Origin: Eledone cirrhosa | Lineage: Eukaryota | Assembly: GCA_964016885.1 (NCBI GenBank) | Contig: OZ024741.1 | Span: 328,848,001 to 328,912,000, forward strand | Reading direction: 5' to 3' | Length of the DNA: 64,000 nt | Shown: positions 13,471-26,591 of the stretch, piece by piece | Position numbering within the stretch: position 1 is the stretch's first letter | Layout of the letters: each line of letters begins with the position of its first letter | Position numbers and translations under genes: made by a program | The notes under the pieces: generated by a model | Told to the model about the DNA's origin: nothing | Seen by the model: only the letters and a program-made list of their open reading frames with translations | Databases searched by the model: none

Positions 13471-14838
13471 AACAGATCCTTGATAATATTATTAGTAAGA
13501 AAACAGGCTCTAAGATGGACATCTGTCCCACGTCTGGATATGTGCCGCTTCCACCCCCAAAATGTTTTAGTTGTGTTTAAGTGGGATGGGAGCTCAGTCA
13601 CATCCCACTTCAGAAGCTCAACACCTGTCTTGTTCCAACTTGCAAAAATAGTAGAAGACGGCAACTTGTAAGTAAACATGACACACATAGTGTAATCAGT
13701 TAGTATGATGTCAAAAAGAAAGGAGACCCGATAATTCGGCAAGGCTATTCATCTTCAAATTTCTCCTTTCTTTGTAAACATTTGAATGAAAACGATCAAA
13801 AAGATTCCAAACCGCATTCGCTTACCGAATGCGATGAAAACTCGTCAAATCGGACAAAGAAAACAATGTTTCCGTTAGACTATCAATTGCTGATACTAGG
13901 TATCTGTCACAACTCCTGGCAGAAAGAACAGTGTGAAATAAATTATCTTACTTAAAGGCATAAGGCATCGCCCAGTTCTGGAATCGTATTAGCAACCTCA
14001 CAATTGTGAATCCAATTCCCTAACTACTAAGCAACGCGCCTTCACGTTTGTATACTCAAAACCAATTTTCAAGGATTTTAAGGTTACTTCAGTGTGAATC
14101 AGATGTATGTACTAAGCAATTCTACCATTCTCTTCTCAATTGACATTTATCTCATTTTCTTGTAACAGCTCGTTTGATTTTCCCAGTACATGTCTAACAG
14201 CAGTAGTAACTTTCATTTCATGCGAATTTCAGTCACGCATTTACACATCCCTTTTTTTTTATATTGTGCTATTTTACTTTTTATATTTTGCTATTTTGCT
14301 TCGTTGACAATATTATATAATCGTTTCGTAAAATTCTTTATATTTTACACCTCTTAATTTGTTTTACCATTACAATAATATCTGCTACCCTTATACGTCT
14401 ATTATACGGTCGATTTCTATACGAAGGTCTTACTAAAGCCATTTCCAATAGGAAGGAAATTCTGTCTCATAATGGTCGCCATATTTTCATTGATTTTTCA
14501 TACTGAATTTTTCCCCAAATTCCTTTATGTCTTCTTACTTGTTCACAGTTTTATGTTTTATGTTCAGCCATCTGGCTTGATACAAACCAAGAAAACTAGC
14601 ACTTTCATAAACACTATACGTACTAAATGTCGACTGGCTTCTATCAGTTTTTGCTACAATGGCGGCATTAGTCATATATTTCTAACAATCGTTACTTCTG
14701 TTTTGTATATGTAATTTAGTGACTAGCCTATCTCGTTATATTTTGAAGTGCAGTTCATTTATTGACCGAATATAAGCCTTAAAGAAATATGTCCCCACCA
14801 AAAGCGGAATTTACCCGAAACTGCCACCAAGAGATGTT

Positions 14839-14913
<75 letters not shown>

Positions 14914-15939
14914 TTGTGTGTCTGTGTCTGTGTGTATGTGTGTATGCGTCTGCATGTGTGTGTGCGTCGCTGTGCGTGCGTCTGTGTTTGTGTGTGTGTG
15001 TGTTTGCGCGTGTGTGTGCGTCTGTATGTGCATGCTTCTCTATGTATGTGCGTCTGTGTATGTCCATGACTGTGTGTGTATGTGTTTTTATACGCAGTAC
15101 AAATATGTACTGTACTACTTAAGTAATACATTTTGTATCTATGTTTACTAAGGAATGCTCTTCCAGTCCCGTCTACGCTGAAGATATTTTCTGCTTAATA
15201 TCCTTATTTTCTGATTAAATTCTCCAAACTTCAACAAATTTTCTATTTCCTACTACATATGCATTCTTGTTATTCGGATATGATGTAAATCACTTCTTTT
15301 ATATTATATTAGGGGGCGGGATTAAACCATCTTTTAGTAGTTTGGAATTATTCCATATATTCCTCACCTATTTCTTTCTGGAAACTTTCAAAAATACGAC
15401 GAACTCTTCCCTTTGTACAGATCGTCATCGAGATATGATATTCGCGCACTGCTGACTTTCTTAATAAAACTAGCAGAAAAACCGTCCTCGGGTCGTTTTC
15501 TGCTAGCATGTGTAGTGTATATTGATATTATACACAAATATATATGCATGTAAATAAAATCGTAATTGACAATATACACAGAAATTGAACGAAGACTGTG
15601 TTACACTGCCTTCTGTAATCAGTAACGTAATCCAGGATACATTTAAACAAAGACGATATTATATATAAACTGCATTAGGAGAAAATTAGCGACTGAAATA
15701 AGTGTTATAATATAACGGGCGCTAACCGGAAGTGTTGACATTTGACAATTTTAAATAAGCTATAAAATATATTTAATAAACAGCCACGAAATTTCAACAG
15801 CCAGATAAATTATGTAATATTCATTCATTATTTATTCAAAGTAATCCAACTTATTTTACAAACGGGGTAAAAAAAATATAATCTGGATACAGACCCGCAC
15901 TCCTTTCTTTATTATAGTTAAGAATGAAATTACAGCAGC

Positions 15940-16030
15940 TTGCCAAGGGGAGGAGCCTCGTGAGATGTCGGTGTCCATTCTCTGCGGCAATACCTTCGCC
16001 ATTTTATCTGCGGGGTGCAGCTGTAACATT
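15940..16030 (+). mobile_element. CRE-clade LINE C-terminal remnant
   Basis: Translates SVSILCGNTFAILSAG, matching the CRE C-terminus also seen at ~16740. Confidence 0.45.
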
Positions 16031-16559
16031 GCCCAGACTAAGGTGTAGAGCCTGATATCCCTTCCCTCTCTTCATTTCTTTCCATAATTAATTCGTTTTT
16101 TCTTACTCTTTTTGATATTTTGCTCTCTTTTTGTTTCCTTATTGCAATGCATATTATACAGTTTTGTTTCTATTATTACACCTTCAAGTTCTAATTTGAA
16201 TTGTATGTAGTGTGAATTGTTTGTGAGTTTTGCATCTGGTATCCAAACCAGAGCGTCGTTGTGTTTTGTTTTTTTTCGATTTATTATCGGTGATTATACG
16301 GCTGTCGGATGTTTTAGTACGTTCAAACCACTTTTCCTACTTATAATAAGGGTGAGGGATCGTTGAATCAAACAGCTGTAAATCACGTGCAGTAATATTT
16401 AACATTCCCCTGTTTATGCAACGTCTACTTTACAAGTTACTCTTGTTCAACAAACCTATGTATGTTTTTGTATGTAGGTATTTATGCTTATGTAAATATA
16501 TTCAAATCCACATGCTACCACTGCCACAGATTCATCTAACCCAGACTCTACTGCACTTC

Positions 16560-16835
16560 AGGCCGAGGAGGGTAAAGTCTCCAAATATCGGTCGATCTCT
16601 GACAGGTTTGCGGTCGAGCCCGTAGCAGTGGAGACTTGTGGTGTCCTTGGTCCTAGGAAACACCTCCCTACGCACCACCATCGAGACGGAGTTGGCTACC
16701 CGAAGGAGTGAGCTTCGCCAGCTGGAATGGCTCTTCCAACGCGTCTCCCTCACACTCCGCGAGGGAAACGCCTTCTCTATCCTGTCCACCGGGGCCACGT
16801 TGTGGCCAATGCGTGGCCCCGGTTTTCCTGGCTGA
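16560..16835 (+). mobile_element. CRE-clade non-LTR retrotransposon, restriction-like endonuclease end
   Basis: AEEGKVSKY..DRFAVEPVAVETCGVLGP then (frameshift) LEWLFQRVSLTLREGNAFSILSTG. Confidence 0.75.
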
Positions 16836-17093
16836 CTAATTACATATATTTTAACTTACAAAGTATGTTTCTTCTATTAATATTTTTACAGATGTAATGG
16901 TAGTTGATACAGAATTGTTAAGCACGACATATGACGTAGTTTTATAGGTAAGCTAGCTAGTCATGTCTGGTGAAGTCTTAATGAGGCCGAACAAAATAAA
17001 ACAATGCTGATTATTTTAATCAGCGATATGCATGAGCGGAACAGTGGGTATATTGGAATTAAACTGACGAAACATAATTTTCTATCCCTCTCC

Positions 17094-17173
<80 letters not shown>

Positions 17174-17225
17174 ATGTATATATATATGTATAATATGTGT
17201 GCATTTATATATATATATGTGTGTG

Positions 17226-17694
17226 TCTATCTATCTATTTATTTATCTATCTATCTATTTATTTATCTATCTATCTTTCTATTTATTTATCTATCTATCT
17301 TTCTGTTTATTTATCTATCTATCTTTCTATTTATTTATCTATCTATCTTTCTATTTATTTATCTATCTATCTTTCTATTTATTTATCTATCTATCTTTCT
17401 ATTTATTTATCTATCTATCTTTCTATTTATTTATCTATCTATCTTTCTATTTATTTATCTATCTATCTTTCTATTTATTTATCTATCTATCTTTCTATTT
17501 ATTTATCTATCTATCTATCTATTTATTTATCTATCTATCTTTCTATTTATTTATCTATCTATCTTTCTATTTATTTATCTATCTATCTTTCTATTTATTT
17601 ATCTATCTATCTTTCTATTTATTTATCTATTTATCTTTCTATTTATTTATCTATCTATCTTTCTATTTATTTATCTATCTATCTGTCTATTTAC
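17226..17694 (+). repeat. 24 bp minisatellite (TCTATTTATTTATCTATCTATCTT)n, ~19 units
   Basis: Higher-order repeat of TCTA/TTTA tetramers. Confidence 0.9.
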
Positions 17695-18683
17695 TGGGCG
17701 CCTGGCACACTGAGTGTGCCCAGGCGCTCACCGCCCTCTGGCAGGCGGATCCGGTTATCAGTGGAGACTCCACCGCAACATTCTATAGAGGGCTGGTACG
17801 CAGCAGGTGCGACGACGCCCTCGGAGAAGCCCTAGACATGGAGGAGGACGAACTGGCCAGCCTGTTCGGTAGGACATTCAGCCCGGGACCTATGGACAAC
17901 TTCCAGAAGTCCCTGGCCTGGCAGTGCTACCGAGGGGCTTTACCCGTTCGAGAAAGGCTCTACAGACACGGGCGCCCGGGAAGGGACCCCGCCAAAAAGA
18001 TCTGTCCCAGATGCGTGTGCGACGAGGAAACCGTTGCACACGCATTGGTACACTGCTCGGGCGTAGCCGATCTGTGGGGCTATGTCGAACAACTGCTGTC
18101 AAGGGTGGGACCGATCCGGTTGACCACCGAGTCGATTGTAATGATCAAGCCGCCTCCCCCCTTCAAAGATGAAGCAGAGGCGGTGTTTCTGTGCGTAATA
18201 GCCATGGCGAAAGAGGTTGTATGGTGGACGCGTCTGAAAGGACTGAGGTCAGGCACCTTTCTCTCTGGCCAACAACTGGTCCGTTTCTTCCGATATCATT
18301 TCGGAAGAAGGATCAGGATGGAGAGAGAGGTGCTGCACCCCAGCCGTTTCTATGAAAGATGGGTGAAAGTGGCGAGAATGGCCCGTGTGAATGGGCCTTC
18401 ACTCTACATCAGACTATAGGTGAGGAAGATAAAAGACCAAGGGAGCACCCCTTCTCTGTGCTCCTGAGGAGAAGGGTTGCACACTTTTTTCGGGGGTGTG
18501 TGCGACCCCCCAAGGCGCCTCCTCTCTATTGAGGATTTTGTTAAAAATTTTATTTTTTGTTATATCTTATTTTATTTTTATATTTTGTTATTGCCTTCTC
18601 CTTATTGAGGACGCCTTTTTGTGTAAACTCCCCCCTTTGTACTTGTCCCACTTTTGATGCCCTAGTGGCAAATAAAAGAAATA
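17695..18683 (+). mobile_element. Tx1-type L1 LINE, 5'-truncated, with 19 bp TSD
   Basis: ORF2 C-terminus with zf-RVT CPRC..ETVAHALVHC and a 3' AATAAA. TATCTATCTGTCTATTTAC occurs at both 17676-17694 and 18684-18702. Confidence 0.9.
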
Positions 18684-18939
18684 TATCTATCTGTCTATTT
18701 ACCTATATATATATAATAATATAAATTTTAAATTCCTTTTATGTTATTATGTATGTATATGTGTATGTATGCATGTATGTATGTATGTATGCATGTAAGT
18801 ACGTATATATATCTTTCTATAGAAGTATGAATAAAGCTATTGAGACGTTGTTTGCGGCGATACCTGGTCTGACCAACGAAAGTATAAATACATATTCCAT
18901 TTATAACATATTACCTTCACTGAGGGTAAACATAAAGGG

Positions 18940-20210
<1,271 letters not shown>

Positions 20211-20297
20211 CTTGTGCATAATGGTAGATATGGTGCTTCCATAGGCGGTATGCCAAAATTAGCACTCAATATTCATACAGAGCAGAGTGTGGATTGT

Positions 20298-20646
20298 ATA
20301 AAAAAACGAAAAATCAGTGATGCATCTGGACTCAGTTTATTGCGTGTTACAATTGTTTCGCCGGCAGGTGGCTCGACACATGATCACTGTATGGATCTGG
20401 CTGATTCTACGGCTGCAGGTTCCTTCGGACACAGGTAGTTCGTTCGGAGCAAATTTCCTCACTGGGGTGTTATTGTAAAAATAACACCTTCAAAAGACAT
20501 CTTCCACTGTTGTCATGCCATTGGCCGTTGTTATTCTACGTCATCTTAAGTTCTGGTCATTATTTAGTGCTACACTGGTCATCAGCCATTTTCCGTCCGA
20601 CACACTTCAATGGAGTCATGCTGGGTTCGGTATCTCATACGTCTGT
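20298..20646 (-). mobile_element. PLE-like terminal fragment, inverted relative to 32345-32670
   Basis: Reverse complement aligns with 32345-32670; ends CCGGC-GAAACAATTGTA..AATAAA. Confidence 0.55.
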
Positions 20647-21823
20647 TCACACTCCAGAGTATGTACCCACACATACACACACAGACCCACATATACACAC
20701 ACACGGGCAGGCACAGACACATGCGTGCATACACATATGTGCGCATACATGTGTAGACACGCCTACCCCCATGCGCATATATACACGCACACTCTCTCCC
20801 TCTCTTCTACAAACCCAGGCAAACCCACTTCTATATACCGACCGCCACAAGCCTATTAGCGTTTGCCTAAACCGCGCCATACATCCGGTCCCACACGCAC
20901 GCAAACGCGCACACACGCGCAGACACACACGTCTGTATACACATACGTTTATATACACCCGTATACAAGCACATAGACAAACCATGTCCTATGTGGGTGG
21001 ACATACGTGCCCACACACACACACACACACCCACCGACAGATACTCACACCATATATATATATATATATATATATAAAATTTCAGGTTATCAATAATGTA
21101 GTGATAATATATCGTTACGTTAGAGATGAACAGCGTACGTGCAGGTTTGCTCAACGAGTATAAATTATATTCCGGAGAAATGTAGAAAGGATGAATATAA
21201 AATGAAAGTGCTTTTGTTAAAAAAGGAATTTATTAGGTATTGACATATGTTTCTGTAACAGACCGAATACCTATGTATCGCTGCTTGCGTAATCATATAA
21301 TGTTAGCAAGTATTCGATAGCAAATGTATAATCAGTTGTCACTTCTTCAGAGATTTTGGATAAACTGGATAAAATCAGAAAAATTGAAGTATTTATATTA
21401 GTAAAAGAGGAAGGAACAGAGGGGATAGAATATGACAGATGGTAAAATAATTTACTGCTAAACAAGTATATAATGGGTTTTTAATGAGAATACCATGAGT
21501 AAATCTAAATAAGAATTTTGGGGGTGCCGATTTTAATCTCTACTTGACCAACTGGACAGTGGACAGGGCTGGTCATTTGGTGCAGTAGTACTAATCATAA
21601 AGTGTCAATTGGGGAAGGGGGAGATTTCGATTGCTACTAAATAACATCAATGCTAGTGGTCAGTTGGTATTTGCTCTAGGGAATTGAATCAAAAAATCAG
21701 AAATCTCATTTTATCTATAGCAGTTTGTATTAAAAGGTAAATAATAGAAGAGTTGATAGAATTAAGACTAATAAAGAATGTTCATATCTATTTTGACAAT
21801 CAAACGGGGATAGAGACAGGCGT

Positions 21824-22945
21824 TCAATCCTGGTAGTATTTATAATATGAAAATGTAGATTTTAAGCGATGGTTACAGTATAACGATCGCTCTATTCTGT
21901 TATTTAATAAAATGTTTTTGGATTTCATAATACAAAATAATTCTACATTACATAATCTACAAAATTCCTGTCCATTGGCATATGGGGGGGCAGTCGCTAT
22001 TATATCCCATTTTAGGTGAAATTGTTGGTTATTTTCACGCAGCTGCCAAGCCTTGTCTGCGAGTGTTGTTACATAACGCTGGTTTTCATGTTTTATCGAA
22101 TAACGATGTCTATAAAGGCGTGATTTAAAGGAGGTGGCTGTAGATCCCACATAGTACCACTTCTGTCTATCCGATTCGATAGTACATTTGTATACGATGT
22201 TGCGTTCAAGACACTGGTTGTTCAACGGACACATTCCTGGTTGGACACAGTTGCAATTACAATTTTGCGTTGTTGTATTGCCATGGATGGGTTGATAAGG
22301 TTGCTTATGTAGAACAGGATGTTGTTTGTTGTTTTGTGATGTTATAGCTAATGTTTTACGTGTATTGTTATGTGTTGGAAGGCGTTTATACAACCGTTTT
22401 GCGTTAAGCATTTTTATATGTTGTTCAATATTAGGGGCGGTTGAATATGAAAGTCGGATGGTGTTAGGGTTTAAGATTTTATTATATTTATGTGATGTTG
22501 GAAAGTGTTTTCTAACTAATCGAAAGAATTTTGAGGGTAGATTGGTTTTAATAGATTTGTTATAGACCGGGTTGTACCAGATATACTCCTTACATCGCCT
22601 TCTGTTTGGTGGTGTGCGACTATTATTGTGTCTATTGCGGTAGTGTATGTATGGTGGTGATTCTGTGCTATTTCTACTCCTATGTGATTTATTTTGGGTG
22701 TTTTGGTGATCATTGACTATATACTCTATATTATCTAGGTGACCGGCTTTCCTAAGTGCATCATCATAATACTCGGCATGTTCTTTGAAGGTTTGTTGGT
22801 TGGACGATAGGCGGGAGATTCTAAGAGAAACATTTCTAGGGATGGATTTAATTATAGAGAGTGGATGGTTAGAACTCGTATTTACATATTTAATGTTCTC
22901 ATTTAGTTTATGGAACGGTTTAATCGTATCTGTAAACCGTTCCAT
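21824..22945 (-). CDS. Penelope-like element C-terminal part (RT thumb, linker, GIY-YIG endonuclease), RT core absent
   Basis: YVNTSSNHP, IWYNP, CNC..CPL..CL linker, IVY...YVG..FKSR..RH, CRLC..E, LNNR..CNH. Confidence 0.8.
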   Translation of the reverse strand: MERFTDTIKPFHKLNENIKYVNTSSNHPLSIIKSIPRNVSLRISRLSSNQQTFKEHAEYYDDALRKAGHLDNIEYIVNDHQNTQNKSHRSRNSTESPPYIHYRNRHNNSRTPPNRRRCKEYIWYNPVYNKSIKTNLPSKFFRLVRKHFPTSHKYNKILNPNTIRLSYSTAPNIEQHIKMLNAKRLYKRLPTHNNTRKTLAITSQNNKQHPVLHKQPYQPIHGNTTTQNCNCNCVQPGMCPLNNQCLERNIVYKCTIESDRQKWYYVGSTATSFKSRLYRHRYSIKHENQRYVTTLADKAWQLRENNQQFHLKWDIIATAPPYANGQEFCRLCNVELFCIMKSKNILLNNRIERSLYCNHRLKSTFSYYKYYQD

Positions 22946-24031
22946 AAACTAAATGAGAACCTTAAATATGTAAATACGAGTTCTAACCATCCACTCTCTA
23001 TAATTAAATCCATCCCTAGAAATGTTTCTCTTAGAATCTCCCGCCTATCGTCCAACCAACAAACCTTCAAAGAACATGCCGAGTATTATGATGATGCACT
23101 TAGGAAAGCCGGTCACCTAGATAATATAGAGTATATAGTCAATGATCACCAAAACACCCAAAATAAATCACATAGGAGTAGAAATAGCACAGAATCACCA
23201 CCATACATACACTACCGCAATAGACACAATAATAGTCGCACACCACCAAACAGAAGGCGATGTAAGGAGTATATCTGGTACAACCCGGTCTATAACAAAT
23301 CTATTAAAACCAATCTACCCTCAAAATTCTTTCGATTAGTTAGAAAACACTTTCCAACATCACATAAATATAATAAAATCTTAAACCCTAACACCATCCG
23401 ACTTTCATATTCAACCGCCCCTAATATTGAACAACATATAAAAATGCTTAACGCAAAACGGTTGTATAAACGCCTTCCAACACATAACAATACACGTAAA
23501 ACATTAGCTATAACATCACAAAACAACAAACAACATCCTGTTCTACATAAGCAACCTTATCAACCCATCCATGGCAATACAACAACGCAAAATTGTAATT
23601 GCAACTGTGTCCAACCAGGAATGTGTCCGTTGAACAACCAGTGTCTTGAACGCAACATCGTATACAAATGTACTATCGAATCGGATAGACAGAAGTGGTA
23701 CTATGTGGGATCTACAGCCACCTCCTTTAAATCACGCCTTTATAGACATCGTTATTCGATAAAACATGAAAACCAGCGTTATGTAACAACACTCGCAGAC
23801 AAGGCTTGGCAGCTGCGTGAAAATAACCAACAATTTCACCTAAAATGGGATATAATAGCGACTGCCCCCCCATATGCCAATGGACAGGAATTTTGTAGAT
23901 TATGTAATGTAGAATTATTTTGTATTATGAAATCCAAAAACATTTTATTAAATAACAGAATAGAGCGATCGTTATACTGTAACCATCGCTTAAAATCTAC
24001 ATTTTCATATTATAAATACTACCAGGATTGA
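22910..24031 (+). CDS. Penelope-like element C-terminal part (mirror copy)
   Basis: Same 373 aa ORF apart from the loop-spanning residues and one I/L change. Confidence 0.8.
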   Translation: MERFNRICKPFHKLNENLKYVNTSSNHPLSIIKSIPRNVSLRISRLSSNQQTFKEHAEYYDDALRKAGHLDNIEYIVNDHQNTQNKSHRSRNSTESPPYIHYRNRHNNSRTPPNRRRCKEYIWYNPVYNKSIKTNLPSKFFRLVRKHFPTSHKYNKILNPNTIRLSYSTAPNIEQHIKMLNAKRLYKRLPTHNNTRKTLAITSQNNKQHPVLHKQPYQPIHGNTTTQNCNCNCVQPGMCPLNNQCLERNIVYKCTIESDRQKWYYVGSTATSFKSRLYRHRYSIKHENQRYVTTLADKAWQLRENNQQFHLKWDIIATAPPYANGQEFCRLCNVELFCIMKSKNILLNNRIERSLYCNHRLKSTFSYYKYYQD

Positions 24032-24504
24032 ACGCCTGTCTCTATCCCCGTTTGATTGTCAAAATAGATATGAACATTCTTTATTAGTCTTAATTCTATC
24101 AACTCTTCTATTATTTACCTTTTAATACAAACTGCTATAGATAAAATGAGATTTCTGATTTTTTGATTCAATTCCCTAGAGCAAATACCAACTGACCACT
24201 AGCATTGATGTTATTTAGTAGCAATCGAAATCTCCCCCTTCCCCAATTGACACTTTATGATTAGTACTACTGCACCAAATGACCAGCCCTGTCCACTGTC
24301 CAGTTGGTCAAGTAGAGATTAAAATCGGCACCCCCAAAATTCTTATTTAGATTTACTCATGGTATTCTCATTAAAAACCCATTATATACTTGTTTAGCAG
24401 TAAATTATTTTACCATCTGTCATATTCTATCCCCTCTGTTCCTTCCTCTTTTACTAATATAAATACTTCAATTTTTCTGATTTTATCCAGTTTATCCAAA
24501 ATCT

Positions 24505-24621
24505 CTGAAGAAGTGACAACTGATTATACATTTGCTATCGAATACTTGCTAACATTATATGATTACGCAAGCAGCGATACATAGGTATTCGGTCTGTTAC
24601 AGAAACATATGTCAATACCTA
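24505..24621 (+). ncRNA. Atypical hammerhead-like motif with extended stem II (mirror 21234-21350 minus)
   Basis: CTGAAGA-A-GTGACA...TGTTAC-A-GAAA-CATAT-GTC, then AATAAA; no canonical stem I. Confidence 0.45.
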
Positions 24622-24667
24622 ATAAATTCCTTTTTTAACAAAAGCACTTTCATTTTATATTCATCCT

Positions 24668-24720
<53 letters not shown>

Positions 24721-24726
<6 letters not shown>

Positions 24727-25822
24727 TAAAGTTAGACCTTCATCAGTGATCTTCCAACCATCATTGGTATTTCATCGCTTTAAAGACCATATACCTCCGG
24801 TTGGTGCGAGCAACGGCTAAAAAAAGTCGTTGGGACACGTAAATAAAGGGGACACGAGAGTGTAAACAAACAAAGATGGTGAAGCAACGAAAAGTGAGGA
24901 GGAAGGAGTCAAGTCCCAAATTTCCATGAATATAAGTTCGGTGAAATCTAGGGATCTAGTCTGTGAATTCGGTGAACGTGGGTTCTGTGAAATCGTAGAC
25001 GAGAGAGAGAAAAAAAGCGACCTGCCTGACCAAGGGTGCGAAAGAAAAGAATTACGCACAGGTCAAACGGGTCACAGCGGGGGAAAAAATATGTGTAAAT
25101 ATGAGAATAAACGTGCTGCGTGGTTGCTAATGGGTTACATATGAATAATGTAACCCATTAGCAACCACGCAGCACGTTTATTCTCATATTTACACATATT
25201 TTTTTCCCCCGCTGTGACCCGTCTATTTCGTTCTTACTGCTTCCTCTTTCTCTGTATCTTTACCCTCTCTAACAGTCACTCTCTCTGTTAGCCTCTTCCT
25301 CACCCTTCACTTACTCAATCTCTGTTACTACCGCTCCTCCTCTTCCTTCTTCCCGTTTGACCTGTGCGTAATTCTTTTCTTTCGTTCCCTTGGTCAGGCA
25401 GGTCGCTTTTTTTCTCTCTCTCGTCTAAGATTTCACAGAACCTACGTTCACCGAATTCACAGACTAGATCCCTTCTTCCTACCGTTAGACCTGTACGGAA
25501 TTCCTTCCTTGCTCACATTCCAACCAGGTTTGATGGTCTTTATTCTCTCTCGTTCACGATTTTACCGAACTTATATTCATGGAAATTTGGGACTTGACTC
25601 GTTCTTCCTCACTTTTCGTTGCTTCACCATCTTTGTTTGTTTACACTCTCGTGTCCCCTTTATTTACGTGTCCAAACGACTTTTTTTAGCCTTTGCTCGC
25701 ACCAACCAGAGGTATATGGTCTTTAAAGCGATGAAATACCAATGATCGTTGGAAGATCACTGATGAAGGACTAACTTTATTCATATGTAACCATTAGCAA
25801 CGACGCAGCACGTTTATTCTCA
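24721..25822. mobile_element. Non-coding fold-back element between (TA)n tracts
   Basis: 24721-25140 is inverted against 25148-25785, with two extra blocks in the right arm; 25785-25822 restarts the unit. Confidence 0.7.
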
Positions 25823-26255
25823 TATATATATATATATATACACCCCCCCCCCCCCACACACACACACACACCTCTTCCTGAACATGCAACCCCGTTCTTC
25901 CCCCAACCCTCACTTTCACATACACACACACACACACACACGCACACCTAACCACACACACCACCTTCAGCCCTCCCCGCTCGGACACCCCGTCTCCCTC
26001 TCCCCCACTCCACCCGCCACCACCCCTACTCACCCCACACCCTTTCACCACATGTTTACCCCCCTTTTAATTTCAGTTTATTTTGATCATGCCTTTATTT
26101 TTAAATTTTCTCATTCCTTGTATTTTGATCATGCTTTATTTTTATTTATTATATTTTTTGTCTTTATTTGTTAATTTTTCATTCGCACCGATTCCTTTCG
26201 CTATGTCTCTCCACCACTCCCCTACACACCTTTTGAACTCTGTTCCCACACACTT

Positions 26256-26292
26256 CTCACCTGAAGAAGGGATTATTCCCGAAACGTCGTCC
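26256..26292 (+). ncRNA. Minimal PLE-type hammerhead-like core
   Basis: CTGAAGA-A-GGG ATTATT CCC-GAAACGTC with weak stem I; a related decayed motif lies at ~11455-11495 (minus). Confidence 0.45.
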
Positions 26293-26591
26293 CCCACCTA
26301 CCCCCCACTCTCCTGAGCGTGAATTTAATAAACATTTATTGTACTGCCTCTCTGTTCTGTCCCTATTCAAATTTTTCATTATATATATATATATATATAT
26401 ATATATGCAGAGGTTATATTTAATTTGTTGGGATACAACAAGCTTAAAAATATTTTTGTAACTGATATAAAGCACTCAACAGATAATTGGAGCAAATATA
26501 CAATATATTATACTATCCAGGAAGCTTCAACCGTTAAGGTTGTCTTTTTTCAGGGTATGTCAATATTTATTTATAAAACTAATCTGTATTG

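Larger units (their letters stand above)
21183..24672. repeat. Near-perfect 3490 bp palindrome (1740 bp arms, 10 nt spacer 22923-22932)
   Basis: Mirror ORFs and UTRs; one arm mismatch spotted (22894/22961). Confidence 0.95.

Noticed and set aside
17004-18419. 471 aa ORF as a membrane-anchored fusion gene
   Set aside because: The N-terminal half is stop-free microsatellite and 24-mer repeat read in frame into a truncated Tx1; the TSD marks the real boundary.
22910-24031. Selenocysteine recoding as reported for Naiad PLEs
   Set aside because: No in-frame TGA at Cys positions; the only TGA is terminal.
25725-25775. Permuted (type II/III) hammerhead around GAAA..TGATC/GATCA-CTGATGA
   Set aside because: No NUH triplet or stem II/III pairing, and the hairpin is not kept in the other arm.
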